From Gallionella sp. (GTDB lineage Bacteria > Pseudomonadota > Gammaproteobacteria > Burkholderiales > Gallionellaceae), in the NCBI GenBank assembly GCA_036170775.1, contig JAVHPV010000292.1, forward strand, positions 1-35,081: a stretch of DNA of 35,081 nucleotides, in the 5' to 3' direction. Within the stretch, counting starts at the first letter, position 1; each line of letters begins with the position of its first letter. The position numbers and the translations under genes were made by a program. This document shows, one piece after another, positions 18,397 through 27,543 of this stretch. Under the pieces are notes generated by a model that was not told the origin of the DNA, made no database searches, and saw nothing but the letters and a program-made list of their open reading frames with translations.

Positions 18397-19326
18397 ATGA
18401 CCCAGCCATCTAACACTGATTCTGTTGCACCTGGCCACCCTGCTGCCATCTTTCGCAGTGGCTTTGTGGCTATTGTGGGTCGTCCCAATGTAGGCAAATC
18501 CACTTTGCTGAATCATTTGATTGGGCAAAAAATCAGTATCACTTCACGTAAAGCGCAGACCACGCGTCATCGCATCCACGGCATTTTTACCGACGAGCAA
18601 TCGCAATTCGTGTTTGTTGATACCCCAGGGTTTCAAACCAAACATATGAACGCTTTGAATCGTGGCATGAACCGTGTGGTCACCAGCAGCTTGCGTGACG
18701 TACAAGTGGTGGTGTTCGTGCTGGAAGCCTTGCGTTATGACGAGCGCGACCAAGAAGTGCTTAAATTGCTGCCCGACAATCGTCCTGTGTTGTTAGTTAT
18801 CAACAAAATTGACGAGGTGGCAGACAAAGGTCAATTGTTCAGCTTTGCCGAACGCATCGCACAAGATTTTAAGTTTGCTGCGATTGTGCCTGTCAGTGCC
18901 AAGCTAGGTAATAAATTAGACGAACTGAAAGAGGCGATACGCAGCTATCTACCTGCGGGCGAAATGATTTATGGTGAAGATGACATCACCGACCGCAGCG
19001 AGCGGTTTTTGGCTTCGGAAATGCTACGCGAAAAAGTCTTCCGTTTTACGGGTGAAGAACTCCCTTATTCGGTCAGCGTGGTGATCGAACAATTCAAAAT
19101 AGAAGGCAAGCTGCGGCGTATTAGTGCGGCGATTCTGGTGGATAAAGAAGCGCACAAAGCCATGCTGATTGGTAGTAAAGGCGAAAAACTCAAAGAAATT
19201 GCTACCCAAGCGCGCCTTGATATGGAAAAACTTTTCGATGGTAAAGTGTTCCTTGAAGTGTTTGTCAAAGTGCGCAGCGGTTGGGCAGATGATGCACGTA
19301 CTCTACGCACCTTGGGTTACGAATGA
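18397..19326 (+). CDS. era: GTPase Era
   Basis: [22 protein letters not shown] and a KH domain (EELPYS, VKVRSGW). Confidence 0.97.
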   Translation: MTQPSNTDSVAPGHPAAIFRSGFVAIVGRPNVGKSTLLNHLIGQKISITSRKAQTTRHRIHGIFTDEQSQFVFVDTPGFQTKHMNALNRGMNRVVTSSLRDVQVVVFVLEALRYDERDQEVLKLLPDNRPVLLVINKIDEVADKGQLFSFAERIAQDFKFAAIVPVSAKLGNKLDELKEAIRSYLPAGEMIYGEDDITDRSERFLASEMLREKVFRFTGEELPYSVSVVIEQFKIEGKLRRISAAILVDKEAHKAMLIGSKGEKLKEIATQARLDMEKLFDGKVFLEVFVKVRSGWADDARTLRTLGYE

Positions 19327-20054
19327 CCGCAGCCAGTCGGCACAATCGCCAGCAGAATGAGCTTGCGTATGTCATGCATAGTTATCCCTTCCGCGAAACC
19401 AGTTTGATATTGGATGTGTTTAGCCGTACGCATGGGCGACTGGCTGTCGTGGCGCGCGGCGCACGACGGCCTAAATCCAGCTTGCGCGGCGTGTTGATGA
19501 ATTTTCAGCCGCTGTTGTTGAGTTGGTTTGGCAAGGGCGAGTTACGCACTTTACATAGTGCAGAATGGCAGGGCGGACAGCCGTATTTGCAAGGTACAGC
19601 CTTGATGTGTGGTTTTTACCTCAATGAATTGTTGCTCAATTTATTGGCGCGCGATGACCCACATGCACAATTGTTTGACGATTACCGTGCCACCTTGCAA
19701 CGCTTGGCGCATGAGCAAGATCACGCCACCACCCTGCGCTGTTTCGAAAAACATTTATTGCAACAATTGGGCTACGCTTTAGCCCTAGAAAATGAAGCAG
19801 ATACGGGTGAGGCAATACAAGCGCAACGCTGCTATCGCTATATCGTTGAGCATGGTGCGGTGCAAGACCACGGTGATGTCGACGTGGGTTTCCCTCTAGC
19901 AGGGAAAACTTTGCTGGATATGGCGGCAGACGATTACACTGACCCGCTCACCGCACAGCAAAGCAAACAAATGATGCGTATGCTAATCAATCATCATCTG
20001 GGTGGTAAGACGTTGCATACACGAGAACTGATTAAGGATCTGCAAAAATTATGA
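19323..20054 (+). CDS. recO: DNA repair protein RecO
   Basis: [23 protein letters not shown] and [14 protein letters not shown]; follows era. Confidence 0.95.
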   Translation: MTAASRHNRQQNELAYVMHSYPFRETSLILDVFSRTHGRLAVVARGARRPKSSLRGVLMNFQPLLLSWFGKGELRTLHSAEWQGGQPYLQGTALMCGFYLNELLLNLLARDDPHAQLFDDYRATLQRLAHEQDHATTLRCFEKHLLQQLGYALALENEADTGEAIQAQRCYRYIVEHGAVQDHGDVDVGFPLAGKTLLDMAADDYTDPLTAQQSKQMMRMLINHHLGGKTLHTRELIKDLQKL

Positions 20055-20767
20055 AACTTGGACTCAATATCGATCACGTGGCCACCTTACGCCAAGCTCG
20101 TGGGGCCTGCTATCCCAACGTGGTGCGCGCTGCGCTGATGGCAGAAGCTGCGGGTGTGGATGCCATTACTATTCACTTGCGCGAAGATCGTCGCCACATT
20201 CAAGACCAAGATGTCGCCGTGTTGCGTGACATGTTGCAAGTGCGCATGAATTTGGAAAGTGCTGTTACCGTAGAAATGATTAGCCATGCTTTGCGCATCA
20301 AGCCCCATGACTTGTGTCTAGTGCCGGAGCGGCGTGAAGAATTAACGACTGAGGGCGGACTCGACGTGGTGCGTTATTTTGATGCTGTGAAAGCAGCTTG
20401 TGAGCGTTGCGCAGCCGCTGAAATTCAGGTTTCACTGTTCATTGATCCTGAGCCAAGACAAATAGATGCAGCCAAAGCAGCGGGGGCACCTGTTGTTGAG
20501 TTACATACAGGACGCTATGCCGAAACCGATAGCGTACCCAGCCATCAGCAAGAGCTTGAGCGGCTGCGTCATGCCGCCGCACATGCACATGCGCAAGGCT
20601 TACAAGTGAACGCAGGGCATGGCTTGCATTACCACAACGTGCAAGACATTGTGGCTATTCCGCAACTGGTTGAACTCAATATCGGCCATGCCATTATTGC
20701 CGAGTCTGTGTTCATCGGTTTAGAAGCCGCCGTCAAAAAAATGCAGGCACTGATGCGCAGAGCTTAG
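20051..20767 (+). CDS. pdxJ: Pyridoxine 5'-phosphate synthase
   Basis: [39 protein letters not shown] and ELNIGH. Confidence 0.97.
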   Translation: MKLGLNIDHVATLRQARGACYPNVVRAALMAEAAGVDAITIHLREDRRHIQDQDVAVLRDMLQVRMNLESAVTVEMISHALRIKPHDLCLVPERREELTTEGGLDVVRYFDAVKAACERCAAAEIQVSLFIDPEPRQIDAAKAAGAPVVELHTGRYAETDSVPSHQQELERLRHAAAHAHAQGLQVNAGHGLHYHNVQDIVAIPQLVELNIGHAIIAESVFIGLEAAVKKMQALMRRA

Positions 20768-20771
20768 AGGC

Positions 20772-21173
20772 ATGATTCATGGTATTGGCACTGATATTGT
20801 TGAATATGCGCGCATTGAGCAAATGTTTGTGCGCTATGGTGCGCGTCTTGCAGTGCGCCTGTTGAGCAAGCCAGAGTTATTGGAATTCACCCGCGCCGCG
20901 TATCCTGCACGTTTTCTAGCTAAACGCTTTGCCGCCAAAGAAGCCTTCGCCAAGGCCGTGGGGTGCGGCTTGCGTCATCCCGTCAGCTTGGCGCGCATTA
21001 GCGTCACCCATGATGGCTTAGGCAAGCCGATATTGACCTTCGATGCCCAATTACAACAGCATCTAACCCAACTGGGTATCTGCGCGTCCCACCTTTCCAT
21101 CAGCGATGAACGTAGCAACGTCATTGCCTTTGTGGTGCTTGAAACCACCCCCAGCGCGTTGCATATTACTTAG
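20772..21173 (+). CDS. acpS: Holo-[acyl-carrier-protein] synthase
   Basis: GIGTDIVE, RFAAKEAFAKA, GKP and HLSISDE. Confidence 0.96.
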   Translation: MIHGIGTDIVEYARIEQMFVRYGARLAVRLLSKPELLEFTRAAYPARFLAKRFAAKEAFAKAVGCGLRHPVSLARISVTHDGLGKPILTFDAQLQQHLTQLGICASHLSISDERSNVIAFVVLETTPSALHIT

Positions 21174-21397
21174 AACTGTAGTCAGAACGAGAACAGCAAT
21201 GGGGTACTGCGGAAATACTTTCCCAAAGGAATGAATATGACCCTCTTGACCGATGAGCAAGTGCAAAAGGCAGTAGATAAACTCAACCACCGCCCACGTA
21301 AAGTGCTTGGATATAAAACCCCTCACGAGGTATTCTTCGGCTTGGAATTACGTTACACCAACTAACCTTAGGCGTTGCACTTCAATCTTGAATCTGT
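21174..21397 (+). mobile_element. IS30-family remnant: transposase C-terminal fragment plus right terminal inverted repeat
   Basis: 21183-21365 translates to QNENSNGVLRKYFPKG...DKLNHRPRKVLGYKTPHEVF, the IS30 NENxNGxxRxYFPK / LNxRPRK.LG.KTP signature. GTTGCACTTCAATCTTGAATC (21374-21394) matches typical IS30 right ends (VALQS*), here frameshifted. There is no start codon or left end. Confidence 0.88.
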
Positions 21398-21427
21398 GAC
21401 TGGATTTCCGCTTGCGCAAGATAGTCG

Positions 21428-21456
21428 GCGACTTGCCAGCTTACTGGCTGAGTCGC
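21428..21456. other. Stem-loop between the IS30 remnant and the glgP promoter region
   Basis: GCGACTT-GCCAG-CTTA-CTGGC-T-GAGTCGC forms a 12-bp stem with one bulge and no U-tract. Confidence 0.45.
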
Positions 21457-21550
21457 ATGGTTAGGCGGTTCATCAATGACAAAACCGAATAAATCAGCGT
21501 CTACTTTGCTAGAGCCTAACGTATTTATCGTTTATAGAGAGTCTTGAAAT

Positions 21551-24112
21551 ATGGAAAAAAGCACAGCCTACATTTTGCAAGTTCGCCCGCAAATTCCACC
21601 TCGTTTAGCGCGTCTCGAAGAACTGGCAAATAATCTTTGGTATAGCTGGGATAGGCCGACGCGTGCGCTGTTTGCACGGCTACATCCAGGACTATGGAAA
21701 GCCACAGGACACAGCCCGAAAGCCTTTCTCAAACGTATCGACGAGCAACGTTTGTTGGATGCCGCCGAAGACCAAGTGTTTATTGGTAATTTTAATCGCG
21801 TGTTGGCGGCTTACGATACTTATCACGACCATCGCTTGCCCGCGAGTGGCGCGGATTGGTTGCGTAAAGAAGATTTGGTGGCTTACTTTTGTGCGGAGTT
21901 TGGCTTTCACGAAAGTTTTCCGATTTATTCGGGCGGTTTAGGTATTTTGGCGGGCGACCACTGTAAGGCGGCAAGTGATTTACGTTTGCCTTTCATCGGC
22001 GTGGGGTTGATGTATCGGCAGGGCTATTTCCACCAAACCATTGATGGCGAGGGCAATCAAATCGCCAGCAATAACGATTCTTGCTTTGAAGATTTGCCGA
22101 TTTCCCCCGCTTTGGCAGCGGATGGCAGTGAGGTCTATACCCTTGTCGAGATGCTTGGACGCACGGTAAATATCAAGGTTTGGCAGGCACGTATTGGCCA
22201 TATCACCTTGTATCTACTGGATACCGATTTAGAGAGCAATACCGACCACGACCGTGACATTACGCACCGTTTGTATGGCGGCGATAAGGTGATGCGTATC
22301 GAGCAAGAGATTGTGTTGGGTATCGGAGGAGTGCGCGCCTTGCAGCAATTGGGCTTGCATCCTACGGTGTGGCATATCAATGAAGGTCATGCGGCATTTA
22401 TGGTGTTGGAACGCATCCGCCAAAAAATTGTTGTGCAGGGGTTGGATTTTTCCAGTGCGCTGGAGTGCGTGGCAGCGAACAGTATTTTTACGACGCATAC
22501 GCCTGTTCCCGCAGGACATGACCACTTTAACGAAGGCATGGTGCAAGCCTATTTTGAACATTATTACCCTGAACTCAAGTTAGGGCGCGATGAGTTTTTG
22601 GCATTGGGTCGAACTCAAGAGAGTCCCGAATTCAATATGACCGCGCTAGCAATACGAGGAACACGGTTTAACAATGGTGTGTCGCGTATTCATGGTGGGG
22701 TGTCGGCGGAGATTTGCGGCGATATGTGGCCAGAGATTGAAGCCAGTGAAAATCCCATGACATACATTACCAATGGAGTTCATGCGCCGACATTTCTTGC
22801 CACCGAGTGGATCGAAGTGTTGGAACGGCATCTTGGCTCGGAATGGAGTGCGCGCATGAACGACGTGGATTTTTGGCAGAAGGTGGATGATATTCCTGAC
22901 CACTTATTTTGGAGTGTGCGCCAATCGCTGAAAGCCAAAATGTTGAACATGGTGCGCGAACGTATTAGTGCGCAGCATTTTCGCAATCATGGCTCTGAAG
23001 CACATCTGGATCGCTTGCTGAAGTACGTCAATCCTGAAAATCCCAATGTCTTGACGATAGGTTTTGCACGTCGTTTTGCCACTTACAAACGCGCCACTAT
23101 GCTATTCAACGATTTGAATTGGCTGCGTGAGATTTTGCATAATCCAGAACGTCCCGTGGTGTTCATTTTTGCGGGTAAAGCACACCCCGCCGATGTGCCT
23201 GGGCAAGATTTGATTCGGCGCATCATGCAGATTTCCAAGATGCCAGAATTTGAAGGGAAAATTTTGTTGGTAGAAGGCTACGATTTAGGTCTATCGCGCA
23301 AACTAGTGGCGGGCGTGGATGTATGGCTGAACAATCCGCTCTATCCATTGGAAGCAAGCGGTACATCGGGGATGAAAGCGGGCATCAATGGTGTAATCAA
23401 TCTTTCGGTATTGGATGGTTGGTGGGGCGAAAGCTATGACGGCGAAAATGGTTGGGCAATCAAGCCCGTTTCAGAATCATTAAGCGAAGAAATACGCACT
23501 CAAGAAGAAACCCGTACCCTGTATGAGTTGTTGCAAGATCAGGTTGTGCCGTTGTACTACGAACACAGCAAAATGGGGCTGTCGCCGAATTGGGTGAAGA
23601 TGTCGAAACGCTCGATGGCGACTATCATGCCGCGCTTTAATTCCAAACGTATGGTGGGCGAATATCTGGCGAAATGTTATCTGCCCGCTAGCCAGCAATA
23701 TCGTTTGTATCGTGATGCCGACTATAAAAATGCACAAGCCGTAGCGGCTTGGAAGTCTAGGGTGCGGACGGCTTGGCATGGTGTGGCAATGCGTCGTTTG
23801 GATGTGGCGCAACGCGAGATTGCTTATGGCACAAGCTTGCGTTTTGCCGTGGCGATTAAACTCAATGCCTTACAGCCCGCTGATCTGGTGGTGGAGTTGC
23901 TGCTGGGACTCTCCACTAAGCGCAGTACGTTGCTACATTCGCGGCACTACGCCTTCACTGCCACGGGCGAATTTACTGAGGCTGGGGAACATATTTTTGC
24001 CTTGGATGTTCAACCTGAGCAATGCGGCAAGTTAGAGTATCGCTTCCGTGCCTATCCCTACCACGAGATGCTCACGCACCCGTTTGAAATGGGCATGATG
24101 CGCTGGATTTAA
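21551..24112 (+). CDS. glgP: Alpha-glucan (glycogen) phosphorylase
   Basis: LANNLWYSW, YFCAEFG, YSGGLGILAGDH, ARRFATYKRA and the PLP-Lys motif EASGTSGMK. Confidence 0.95.
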   Translation: MEKSTAYILQVRPQIPPRLARLEELANNLWYSWDRPTRALFARLHPGLWKATGHSPKAFLKRIDEQRLLDAAEDQVFIGNFNRVLAAYDTYHDHRLPASGADWLRKEDLVAYFCAEFGFHESFPIYSGGLGILAGDHCKAASDLRLPFIGVGLMYRQGYFHQTIDGEGNQIASNNDSCFEDLPISPALAADGSEVYTLVEMLGRTVNIKVWQARIGHITLYLLDTDLESNTDHDRDITHRLYGGDKVMRIEQEIVLGIGGVRALQQLGLHPTVWHINEGHAAFMVLERIRQKIVVQGLDFSSALECVAANSIFTTHTPVPAGHDHFNEGMVQAYFEHYYPELKLGRDEFLALGRTQESPEFNMTALAIRGTRFNNGVSRIHGGVSAEICGDMWPEIEASENPMTYITNGVHAPTFLATEWIEVLERHLGSEWSARMNDVDFWQKVDDIPDHLFWSVRQSLKAKMLNMVRERISAQHFRNHGSEAHLDRLLKYVNPENPNVLTIGFARRFATYKRATMLFNDLNWLREILHNPERPVVFIFAGKAHPADVPGQDLIRRIMQISKMPEFEGKILLVEGYDLGLSRKLVAGVDVWLNNPLYPLEASGTSGMKAGINGVINLSVLDGWWGESYDGENGWAIKPVSESLSEEIRTQEETRTLYELLQDQVVPLYYEHSKMGLSPNWVKMSKRSMATIMPRFNSKRMVGEYLAKCYLPASQQYRLYRDADYKNAQAVAAWKSRVRTAWHGVAMRRLDVAQREIAYGTSLRFAVAIKLNALQPADLVVELLLGLSTKRSTLLHSRHYAFTATGEFTEAGEHIFALDVQPEQCGKLEYRFRAYPYHEMLTHPFEMGMMRWI

Positions 24113-24292
24113 TTAAACTTTGACAAAACATTTGTCCACGTACCAACAAAAATAAATCAGCGTTTTCTTAGGCTGTAGGAGCTAGATTTATCGAGCGATG
24201 AATGTCAAAATTTGCTCGATACTCGGGCGTGCTGCTAACGGATTATTTGGCTTAAACCACCCACTGTATTTTTTGAAAATTAAGGAGTTGTG

Positions 24293-25747
24293 ATGCCTGC
24301 CTTGAAAGTGCTTTTTGTGACTTCGGAAATTGCCCCATTGATTAAGACGGGCGGCTTGGCCGATGTGAGTGGTGCATTGCCGCCTGCATTGCGCCATATT
24401 GGAGTGGATGTACGGGTATTGGTACCGGGCTACCCTAAAGTGATGCAACAAATTGGCCCGCATGAGGTGGTGGCAACTTTCTCAAGTTTGCCAGGATTTC
24501 CTGCCGCCAAACTGATTTTTAGCATCATGCCTACAGGTGTGCCGCTCTTGGTGCTGGATTGCCCAAGTTTGTATCAGCGTAAAGGTGGTCCTTATCAAGA
24601 TACACATGGACATGACTGGGGCGACAATCCACAACGTTTTGGTTTGCTTTCTAAAGTAGCGGCTATCTTAGGCAGTGCCGAATCTCCCTTGAGCTGGAAG
24701 CCTAATTTGGTGCATGGCAACGATTGGCAAACGGGCTTGATTGGTGCGTATCTCAGCGTGGCGGAATGGGCTGTGCCGAATGTTATTACCATCCATAATT
24801 TAGCCTTCCAAGGGAATTTTGCGCCAGAGACCGCAGGCCATCTGCATCTGCCCCCCTCAAGTTATGGCATCAATGGTGTCGAGCTGTACGGCAATATGTC
24901 GTTCCTGAAAGCGGGCTTGTATTACGCCTACCATATCACCACCGTGAGCCCAAATTATGCCCAAGAGATACAAGGTGCGGAATTGGGTTTTGGTCTACAA
25001 GGTTTGCTCAGTTCGCGGCGCAGTGATCTGACGGGGATATTGAACGGCATTGATATTGAAGAATGGAATCCTGAAACAGATGCGCATTTGTCCAGCAAAT
25101 TCAGTAGCTCGCGCATGGCAGGGAAAGCCGTGAATAAAGCGGCTCTGCAAACCCGTATGGGTCTGGAGCTGGATGCCGACGTTCCTTTGTTGGGAGTGGT
25201 GAGTCGTTTTACCCACCAAAAAGGGCTGGATTTGTTGTTAGAGATTGCCCCACGTTTACTGGACATGCCTGTGCAGTTGGTGATGTTAGGTAGTGGTGAC
25301 CCGCATATGCAGCAGATGGCGCGTGAGTTGGCAAACCGTTTCCCAGGTAAGGTGGCTGTATTGATTGGCTTTGATGAAGGTTTGTCACACCAAATCGAAG
25401 CCGGGGCAGATATTTTTATCATGCCTTCACGTTTCGAGCCATGCGGCCTCAATCAGTTTTATAGCCAGCGTTACGGCACACCACCCGTGGTACATGCCAC
25501 AGGCGGATTGGCGGATTCCGTGGTGGATTGCAACGAGGGTACGCTGAAAAATGGTACGGCGAGCGGTTTTGTATTTGAGGGGATGACAGCGGCGAATCTA
25601 TACGCCACTATCGAGCGCGCGGTGGCTACCTATCGTGATCCCAAGAAGTGGAAGCAGTTGCGTAAAAATTGTATGAGTAAAGACTTTAGCTGGGAAACCA
25701 GTGCCAAGGCTTATTTGGATGTATATCGCAAAGTATTAGGACGCTAA
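24293..25747 (+). CDS. glgA: Glycogen synthase
   Basis: KTGGLADV, HGNDWQ, TIHNLAFQG and MPSRFEPCGLNQ; SD AAGGAG upstream. Confidence 0.96.
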   Translation: MPALKVLFVTSEIAPLIKTGGLADVSGALPPALRHIGVDVRVLVPGYPKVMQQIGPHEVVATFSSLPGFPAAKLIFSIMPTGVPLLVLDCPSLYQRKGGPYQDTHGHDWGDNPQRFGLLSKVAAILGSAESPLSWKPNLVHGNDWQTGLIGAYLSVAEWAVPNVITIHNLAFQGNFAPETAGHLHLPPSSYGINGVELYGNMSFLKAGLYYAYHITTVSPNYAQEIQGAELGFGLQGLLSSRRSDLTGILNGIDIEEWNPETDAHLSSKFSSSRMAGKAVNKAALQTRMGLELDADVPLLGVVSRFTHQKGLDLLLEIAPRLLDMPVQLVMLGSGDPHMQQMARELANRFPGKVAVLIGFDEGLSHQIEAGADIFIMPSRFEPCGLNQFYSQRYGTPPVVHATGGLADSVVDCNEGTLKNGTASGFVFEGMTAANLYATIERAVATYRDPKKWKQLRKNCMSKDFSWETSAKAYLDVYRKVLGR

Positions 25748-25760
25748 TACTCAGGTAAAT

Positions 25761-25800
25761 GGGCTGTATCGTTCACGCGCAGGCGGGAACGATACAGCCC
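25761..25800. terminator. Perfect 14-bp inverted repeat between convergent glgA and pgi (bidirectional terminator or REP-like element)
   Basis: GGGCTGTATCGTTC-N12-GAACGATACAGCCC. Confidence 0.7.
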
Positions 25801-25801
25801 G

Positions 25802-27448
25802 TTAATTTTGATTAAATCGACGGTAGTGTTGGATCAGTCCTTGTGTTGAACCATCATGTGGCAGCGTGACTGCGCTATCCAGTAATTCCGGCAAGATTTT
25901 TCCCGCTAATTGTTTGCCTAATTCCACCCCCCATTGGTCGAAGGGGTTGATATTCCATACCACGCTTTGCACAAACACTTTGTGTTCATACAAGGCAATC
26001 AACATGCCTAAAGTACGCGCATCGAGGCAATCAAACAACAGCGTGTTGGTGGGTTTGTTGCCTGGAAAAACCTTGTGTGGAAGCAGGGCTTCTAAAACAT
26101 CTCCTCGTAAACCTTGGGCAAGCAATTCAGTGCGAGCCTCTTCGTGGGTCTTGCCGCGCATCAACGCTTCTGTTTGCGCAAAACAATTTGCCAGCAATAT
26201 GGCATGGTGCTCACCTAATGGATTTTGGCTGGCGAGGGGGGCTAAAAAATCGGCGGGTATCATGCGCGTGCCTTGATGGATAAGTTGGTAGAAGGCATGT
26301 TGGCCATTCGTTCCTGCTTCTCCCCAAACCACCATCCCCGTGTCGTAATCGACTGGGTTGCCGTTGCGGTCTACGCCCTTACCATTACTTTCCATGTCTA
26401 GTTGTTGCAAATAAGCGGCAAAGCGATGTAGGTATTGATCGTAAGGCAACACCGCATTTGAACCTGCACCGAAGAAATTGCCGTACCAAATGCCTAACAT
26501 ACCCATCAACACGGGGATATTGCTTTCCAACGGGGCGTTACGGAAGTGTTCATCTATGCAGTACGCACCATCCAGTAACTCTTCAAACTTGTCCATGCCC
26601 AGATAGATGGCGATGGGCAAACCTATCGCTGACCACAAGGAGTAACGCCCCCCTACCCAGTCCCAGAATTCAAATACATGAGCTGCATTGATGCCGAATT
26701 TTGCGGTGCCTTCCAGATTGGTGGAAACTGCTGCAAAGTGTTGGGCTACTGCGGATTCATCGCCCAGTTCGCCGACCAGCCAAGCACGTGCCGTGCGCGC
26801 GTTGGTGAGCGTTTCTTGAGTGGTAAATGTTTTTGAGCTGACGATGAATAGGGTGCTTTCAGCGTCGAGTTTTTTGAGTGTTTCAGTGAGGTGCGTGGCA
26901 TCTACGTTGGAAACAAAATGGGCGCGTAAGTCTTGTCTGGCATAGGGTTTGAGTGCTTCACATACCATCAAAGGACCGAGGTCTGAACCGCCGATACCGA
27001 TGTTGACGATGTCGGTGATGCGCTTGCCTGTGTGTCCAAGATGTGTGCCTTGGCGCACTGCGTCGGAGAATATGCGCATCAAACTCAAGACACGTTGCAC
27101 ATCAGGCATTACGTTTTTGCCATCCACCAACACGGCTCGCGCCGAACGATTCCGTAACGCAGTGTGCAATGCCGCGCGGTTTTCGGTGGAGTTGATCTTG
27201 CTTCCCGAAAACATTTGTTCAATGGCGTTGGACACACCCGCTTGTGTAGCGAGATTCAGTAAAAGTTGGCGTGTTTCTGTGTTGATGCGATTTTTGGAAT
27301 AGTCAAAAAGTAAGCCTGGGAGGAGTACGCTGAAATTTTCAAAGCGCGTGGCATCTTGCTCGAACAGTTGACGCATCGACACCGACGCGATGTTTTGATA
27401 GTGGTTTTGCAGTGCTTGCCATGCAGTGGATTGGGTAAGTTTTGACAT
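25802..27448 (-). CDS. pgi: Glucose-6-phosphate isomerase
   Basis: [41 protein letters not shown] and [10 protein letters not shown]. Confidence 0.98.
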   Translation of the reverse strand: MSKLTQSTAWQALQNHYQNIASVSMRQLFEQDATRFENFSVLLPGLLFDYSKNRINTETRQLLLNLATQAGVSNAIEQMFSGSKINSTENRAALHTALRNRSARAVLVDGKNVMPDVQRVLSLMRIFSDAVRQGTHLGHTGKRITDIVNIGIGGSDLGPLMVCEALKPYARQDLRAHFVSNVDATHLTETLKKLDAESTLFIVSSKTFTTQETLTNARTARAWLVGELGDESAVAQHFAAVSTNLEGTAKFGINAAHVFEFWDWVGGRYSLWSAIGLPIAIYLGMDKFEELLDGAYCIDEHFRNAPLESNIPVLMGMLGIWYGNFFGAGSNAVLPYDQYLHRFAAYLQQLDMESNGKGVDRNGNPVDYDTGMVVWGEAGTNGQHAFYQLIHQGTRMIPADFLAPLASQNPLGEHHAILLANCFAQTEALMRGKTHEEARTELLAQGLRGDVLEALLPHKVFPGNKPTNTLLFDCLDARTLGMLIALYEHKVFVQSVVWNINPFDQWGVELGKQLAGKILPELLDSAVTLPHDGSTQGLIQHYRRFNQN

Positions 27449-27495
27449 GTGATTAACTCAAATCAACTCATACAGAATTGCGTTTTTTCGAAATA

Positions 27496-27525
27496 GCGCA
27501 CACTCCCAAGTGAGTGAATGTGCGC
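27496..27525 (-). terminator. Imperfect hairpin between glgB and pgi
   Basis: GCGCACA...TGTGCGC inverted repeat; on the minus strand it is followed only by TATTT. Confidence 0.35.
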
Positions 27526-27543
27526 GTTGCGTCTTTCGGCTGC

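Noticed and set aside
21063-21326. 87-aa minus-strand ORF
   Set aside because: Antisense of the acpS end and the IS30 fragment; the transposase signature is on the plus strand.
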